Shown one piece after another: positions 59,401 to 64,000 of a stretch of DNA of 64,000 nt. The position numbers and the translations under genes are program-made. The stretch lies in the NCBI GenBank assembly GCA_022605425.2, contig JAKIMF020000005.1:930001-994000 (forward strand), read 5' to 3'. Each line of letters begins with the position of its first letter. Position 1 is the stretch's first letter. A model generated the notes under the pieces. That model had not been told where the DNA came from, did not search any database, and saw nothing but the letters and a program-made list of their open reading frames with translations. Source of the DNA: Hamiltosporidium tvaerminnensis FI-OER-3-3. Its lineage: Eukaryota > Fungi > Microsporidia.

Positions 59401-62400
59401 TCATCTTTTCTTAGACAAAAGTAAAACATTTAAACCATCTTCACCTCCACCTTCAAATTTACTTACAGCAGACATAACACATTTCCTAAAACTAATTTCT
59501 CCTTTGTCACACATCTTAACACTAGATTTTTCTATTTCTTTAATCAATAAAGCATTTAATTCTTTTAAATACTCAAACAATGCTCGAACAGTTTTATCAT
59601 CTAAAAAATAAAATTCTTCTTTCACACAAAATGCCTGTTTTTCTAACACACACTTCACCCTTAAAAATTTAAAATATTCTTCATTTTTGACACACAAATT
59701 TATAAATTGTACTCTTACATTCTCCATCTTTATTAAAGAATTTTTATTTAAATTTATTTTTAAAATTATTTCTTTCTTTTCTTCTTCTGACAAATCTTTT
59801 TTGTTTTTTCTTACAAATGCATTCAACCATTCCACTTTAGAATGAATATCTTCCAACTTGTCATCCTTTATATCAGTATTGTTAATATCTGTTTTGTATG
59901 TATCTGTTTTATTAATATCTGTTTTGTTTATATCTTTAATATAATTAATGTCTTTAATATAATTAATATCCTTAATATCTTTAATATCTTTAATATAATT
60001 AATGTCTTTAATATCTCTTATATCCCTAATATCTTCACATTTTTCACCACAGGTTTCTTGGTTTGTATTTAAATAAATTTCTTTGTTAGATTCTTCGTCA
60101 TTAATTTGTTGCTTTTTAAGTTTAATTTTAAATCCAAATATTTTATTGCTTAAAAAATATGTATCTGAAGTAATAACACTGCCATCTTCTATTTTATTAG
60201 TTAATAATTTGTATTTTTCATGTGGTGTTAATTCTTTCTCTTTTTTAATTTCATATTCTATATTTTTAGATGTAATATTGGGTTTATATTCAAGAGACTT
60301 TAAAATTGGTATTGGATTAGTAAAGGGGTGTAAGGTATTAGTAGTGTTATTAAAGGGGTGTAAGGTAATAGTAGTGTTATTAAAGGAGTGTAAGGTATTA
60401 GTAGTGTTATTAAAGGAGTGTTGTATAATAGTACAGTTACTAACACCCTCTAAATAATCTATAGTGTTATTAACACCTTCTAGCATATCCTTATCACCAA
60501 AACCCTCTAATTTATCTATAGTGTTACTAACACTTTCTAACACACCTTCTCTATCACTAACACCCTCCTCTTTACTACTAATATCACCCCCTCTATTATC
60601 CTTATCACTAACACCCTCTAATCCATCCTCTATATCATTATCACCCTCTTCTATAATATTAAACCCCTTTACCATCTTAATACCAATTCCTTCTTCAAAA
60701 AATACACGTCTCTCTTCAATAAGACGATCCATAAGATCATCAGGTGTTAGAATACCTTCACCCTCTGCTTCACTATCCTCACCATCATTATCACCACAAT
60801 AGTCCTTATAACCACCATACTCCTCTTCTAAATCCTCAATTTCTTTTAAAACTTTTTCTATAATTTCTTTTCTACTAAGTTCTACTACTTTAAGTTCTAC
60901 TTTCTTTGTAACTGTCTCTATATTATCTACCCTTTTATCTTGACTGGTTAATGATCTACTTAAGTTCTTCTCTTGTAATTTCCATGTCTCTTCTTCTTTT
61001 ATTTCTTCTACTTTTTTACAAATTACAACTTTATTTTTTGTACTTATAAAGGTAGAATTAAAGGGGGTGTTATTATAAGGATTTGTAGAGGAGGTGTTAT
61101 TATACTGACTAGTATTTAAAAGGTTAGGGTTAGTAATAGGGGTGTTATTATAAGGGTTAGTGGATGGGGTGTTAGTATAAGGGTTAGTAGAGGAGGTGTT
61201 ATTATAAGGATTAGTAGTAGTAGTGTTATTATAAGGGGTAGTAGATGGGGTGTTATTAATACCATTAGTAAATAACGAGGTGTTATTATACTGACTAGTA
61301 CCAGGGGTGTTATTATACTGACTAGTACTAGTGTTATTTATAGTACTATTATACCCGTTACTACCATATAAATCATTACCAGTATAATAGTTACTACTAA
61401 CACCCTTTAAACTACTATCCTTATTATTAACACCTCTTGTAGTATCAAAGTGGTTACCCATTATTCTATCAAACATATTAACACTACTATTACTATTAAC
61501 ACCGTTATCTTTACTATCTAGGTTATTTTCAGAATAAGAAGAAATATTTTGTATTTTCTTTAAAGAAGGTGATAATTTACTTTTTCTACCTCTTTTACGT
61601 GGAGAGGTTATTGTATTTGTGTCTTGTTGTTGTGAAATATTTTGTCTATAATTTGTATTGTAAATATCTCTTTCTATTCTATTATTTAAAGGGGTGTTAC
61701 TATAAGGGGTATTAGTATTGTTTAAAGGGGTGTTACTATAAGGGTTTGTAGTATTGTTATTTAAAGGGGTGTTGGTATAAGAGTTAGTAGAAGTATTATT
61801 TAAAGGGGTGTTATTATAAGGGTTTGTAGTATTGTTTAAAGGGGTGTTATTATAAGGGTTTGTAGTATTGTTTAAAGGGGTGTTACTATAAGGGTTAGTA
61901 GTAGTATTATTTAAAGGGGTGTTATTATAAGGGTTACTAGAAGAGGTGTTATTCACAGTACTATTATACCCGTTATTACTATAACTACCATTATTACTGT
62001 TTATTTCATTATTATGTTTAATTTCTTGTTCTGTATACTTAACACCTTCTTTAGAATACATATGCTGTCTATCTATCTTAATAACAGGTGATTTTACTGT
62101 TTTTATAGTTTTATTAGATTCTTGTGGAATATCGTTATATCTTAAGAATTCTGGCATTTCATTAAAAATAGAGGGGTGTCTATTTATAGTATTGTGTTGG
62201 TAAATAAAGGGGGTGTTAATATTTGAGGTATTATGGTTTGTATTTAAAGGGGTGTTAATTGTAGTGGTATTGGGATTTGTTGTATTAGAGGTGTTAATTA
62301 TAGTGGGATTAGGATTTGTGTTATTATAAGGGGTAGTATTTAAAGGGGTGTTATTTGTAGTGTTACTATATGGGGTGTTATTATAGGTATTACTATTAGG

Positions 62401-64000
62401 ATTTGTGTTATTATAAGGGTTTGTATTTAAAGGGGTGTTATTATAGGTATTGTTATTAGGGGTGTTGTTATAAGTATTACTATTAGGGTTGCTATTATAA
62501 GTATTGCTATTAGGGGTGTTATTCCCAGCACTATTATAAGAGGTGTTATTCCCAGCACTATTATATGGGGTGTTATTTATACTACCGCCATACCCATTAT
62601 TACCATACCCGTTACCACTACAATTATCACCCCCTTCTTCACTTCCTTTTAAATAATTAGAATTCCTTTTAATTTCTACATTTACAGGATTAATTTTACT
62701 TTTAAAATATCTCGTTTTCTTAGAAATATTACTATTAAAAACAGGATAATAATTAGAATTATTCATTATATGTTCTGTATTAATATTAGGGTTTTGTTTA
62801 TATAATTGATTTGATAATGAAATAGAAGGGTTATTTATATGAGAATAAAGGTTATTGTTAGTAGAGTAAGGATTAATAGAATAAGGGGTGTTATTTGTAA
62901 GGGTGTTATTATAAGGATTTGTGTTTATAGGGTTATTTGAAGTATTGTTTATGCATTGATTAGGGTTAGGGCTGGGGTTAGGATATATATTATTATAAGG
63001 ATAGGTAGTATAAGGGTTAGGCTTACTCCCATATTGATTAGTGTTATAATTGGTATTGTTATAAGGGTTGGTATTGTTAGTGTTATAAGGGTTAGTATTA
63101 CTAGTAGTATAAGGATTACCGTTATTATTAACACTATTATTATTACCATTAACACTACTATTAATACTATTAACACTACTATTAATACCATTAGCACTAC
63201 CACTACTACTAACACCACAATTAATACTATTAACACTACTATTAGCTCCACTGTTACTATTCCCTGTATAAAAACCTTTCTTTATATTATTTATATTACT
63301 TAAATGACTTCTACTACCAGAAACTGTATAGAAGGGTATATTTGCATGTAAGGGTTGCGAATTATTATATGAAGAATTATTTTGATTGTAAAATATTTGT
63401 TGTGGGTGGAAGTTATTTTGAAGAGGGTGTCTTGGTATAGAGAATGTATCAGTATAGGGAGTAGAAGGATTAGAGGGGTTTGAGGGATTTGATGGATGAG
63501 CAGAAGGATTAGCAATGTAAGGATTAGAGGGATTAGTAGTAGTGTAGGGATTAGAGGGATTAGAAGGATTAGCAATGTAAGGATTAGAGGGATTAGTAGT
63601 AGTGTAGGGATTAGAAGGATTAGAAGGATTAGAAATGTAAGGATTAGATGGATTAGTAGTAGTGTAAGGATTAGATGGATTAGCAATGTAAGGATTAGAG
63701 GGATTAGCAATGTAAGGATTAGAAGAATTACTAGATGTAGAAGACTTGGTGGATGATTCAGAAATATTATAGTTTGATTCTGTTTGTTTAGAAGAATGCA
63801 TATGTGTGGGATTTTGTGTCATTTTAGTAATTTTACAGTATTTTTCATTCATTTTATAAAGATACTCTTCAATAGTTTTACTTTGTTCAAAACTGATCTG
63901 TTCTGCTTTTATAGCTGCTTCTCGTATTTGTTCAAGAGCGTGTGTGTTGGAGAAAGGAGAAGACTTAAGTGCATTGAAAAGTTTTATGAGGTTTTTTTTG
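59401..64000 (-). CDS. KIX-domain, Asn-rich nuclear protein (Med15/Gal11-like); 5' end lies outside the window
   Basis: Frame stays open upstream of 63852: KKNLIKLFNALKSSPFSNTHALEQIREAAIKAEQISFEQSKTIEEYLYKMNEKY, a KIX-like helix pattern; AT-hook-like PRKRGRK. Confidence 0.65.
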   Translation of the reverse strand, partial: KKNLIKLFNALKSSPFSNTHALEQIREAAIKAEQISFEQSKTIEEYLYKMNEKYCKITKMTQNPTHMHSSKQTESNYNISESSTKSSTSSNSSNPYIANPSNPYIANPSNPYTTTNPSNPYISNPSNPSNPYTTTNPSNPYIANPSNPSNPYTTTNPSNPYIANPSAHPSNPSNPSNPSTPYTDTFSIPRHPLQNNFHPQQIFYNQNNSSYNNSQPLHANIPFYTVSGSRSHLSNINNIKKGFYTGNSNSGANSSVNSINCGVSSSGSANGINSSVNSINSSVNGNNNSVNNNGNPYTTSNTNPYNTNNTNPYNNTNYNTNQYGSKPNPYTTYPYNNIYPNPSPNPNQCINNTSNNPINTNPYNNTLTNNTPYSINPYSTNNNLYSHINNPSISLSNQLYKQNPNINTEHIMNNSNYYPVFNSNISKKTRYFKSKINPVNVEIKRNSNYLKGSEEGGDNCSGNGYGNNGYGGSINNTPYNSAGNNTSYNSAGNNTPNSNTYNSNPNSNTYNNTPNNNTYNNTPLNTNPYNNTNPNSNTYNNTPYSNTTNNTPLNTTPYNNTNPNPTIINTSNTTNPNTTTINTPLNTNHNTSNINTPFIYQHNTINRHPSIFNEMPEFLRYNDIPQESNKTIKTVKSPVIKIDRQHMYSKEGVKYTEQEIKHNNEINSNNGSYSNNGYNSTVNNTSSSNPYNNTPLNNTTTNPYSNTPLNNTTNPYNNTPLNNTTNPYNNTPLNNTSTNSYTNTPLNNNTTNPYSNTPLNNTNTPYSNTPLNNRIERDIYNTNYRQNISQQQDTNTITSPRKRGRKSKLSPSLKKIQNISSYSENNLDSKDNGVNSNSSVNMFDRIMGNHFDTTRGVNNKDSSLKGVSSNYYTGNDLYGSNGYNSTINNTSTSQYNNTPGTSQYNNTSLFTNGINNTPSTTPYNNTTTTNPYNNTSSTNPYTNTPSTNPYNNTPITNPNLLNTSQYNNTSSTNPYNNTPFNSTFISTKNKVVICKKVEEIKEEETWKLQEKNLSRSLTSQDKRVDNIETVTKKVELKVVELSRKEIIEKVLKEIEDLEEEYGGYKDYCGDNDGEDSEAEGEGILTPDDLMDRLIEERRVFFEEGIGIKMVKGFNIIEEGDNDIEDGLEGVSDKDNRGGDISSKEEGVSDREGVLESVSNTIDKLEGFGDKDMLEGVNNTIDYLEGVSNCTIIQHSFNNTTNTLHSFNNTTITLHPFNNTTNTLHPFTNPIPILKSLEYKPNITSKNIEYEIKKEKELTPHEKYKLLTNKIEDGSVITSDTYFLSNKIFGFKIKLKKQQINDEESNKEIYLNTNQETCGEKCEDIRDIRDIKDINYIKDIKDIKDINYIKDINYIKDINKTDINKTDTYKTDINNTDIKDDKLEDIHSKVEWLNAFVRKNKKDLSEEEKKEIILKINLNKNSLIKMENVRVQFINLCVKNEEYFKFLRVKCVLEKQAFCVKEEFYFLDDKTVRALFEYLKELNALLIKEIEKSSVKMCDKGEISFRKCVMSAVSKFEGGGEDGLNVLLLSKKR

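Overview
AT-rich, gene-sparse, transposon-rich eukaryotic DNA. Gene content, CCC motifs just upstream of start codons, a tiny GTAAGT intron and the Asn-rich repeat style point to a large-genome microsporidian (Hamiltosporidium-like; inferred). Host genes: V-ATPase subunit F; ARV1 (split by a 21-nt intron the ORF track misses) overlapping a convergent Polycomb EED/Esc gene; GPI mannosyltransferase 3; tRNA-Trp(CCA); uridine kinase; a membrane protein; two ~780-aa LRR-like paralogs; a 3474-aa RNAi-type RNA-dependent RNA polymerase; and a KIX-domain (Med15-like) gene running off the right edge. Mobile DNA: a near-intact R4/Dong-like non-LTR retrotransposon with about 7 decayed fragments, an intact DD34E Tc1/IS630 transposon, a probable Merlin remnant and three unnamed dispersed repeat families. 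Main leads: (1) three unrelated genes carry in-frame inserts built from the same GGGTGTTA/TAACACCC motif, arranged G-rich arm then C-rich arm (quasi-palindromic, like head-to-head telomere fusions); (2) the RdRP appears fused to a degenerate Dicer-type helicase; (3) the tRNA-Trp has a 4-bp anticodon stem; (4) the 21-nt intron. All calls are by-eye motif recognition; no searches were run, and boundaries of decayed repeats are approximate.
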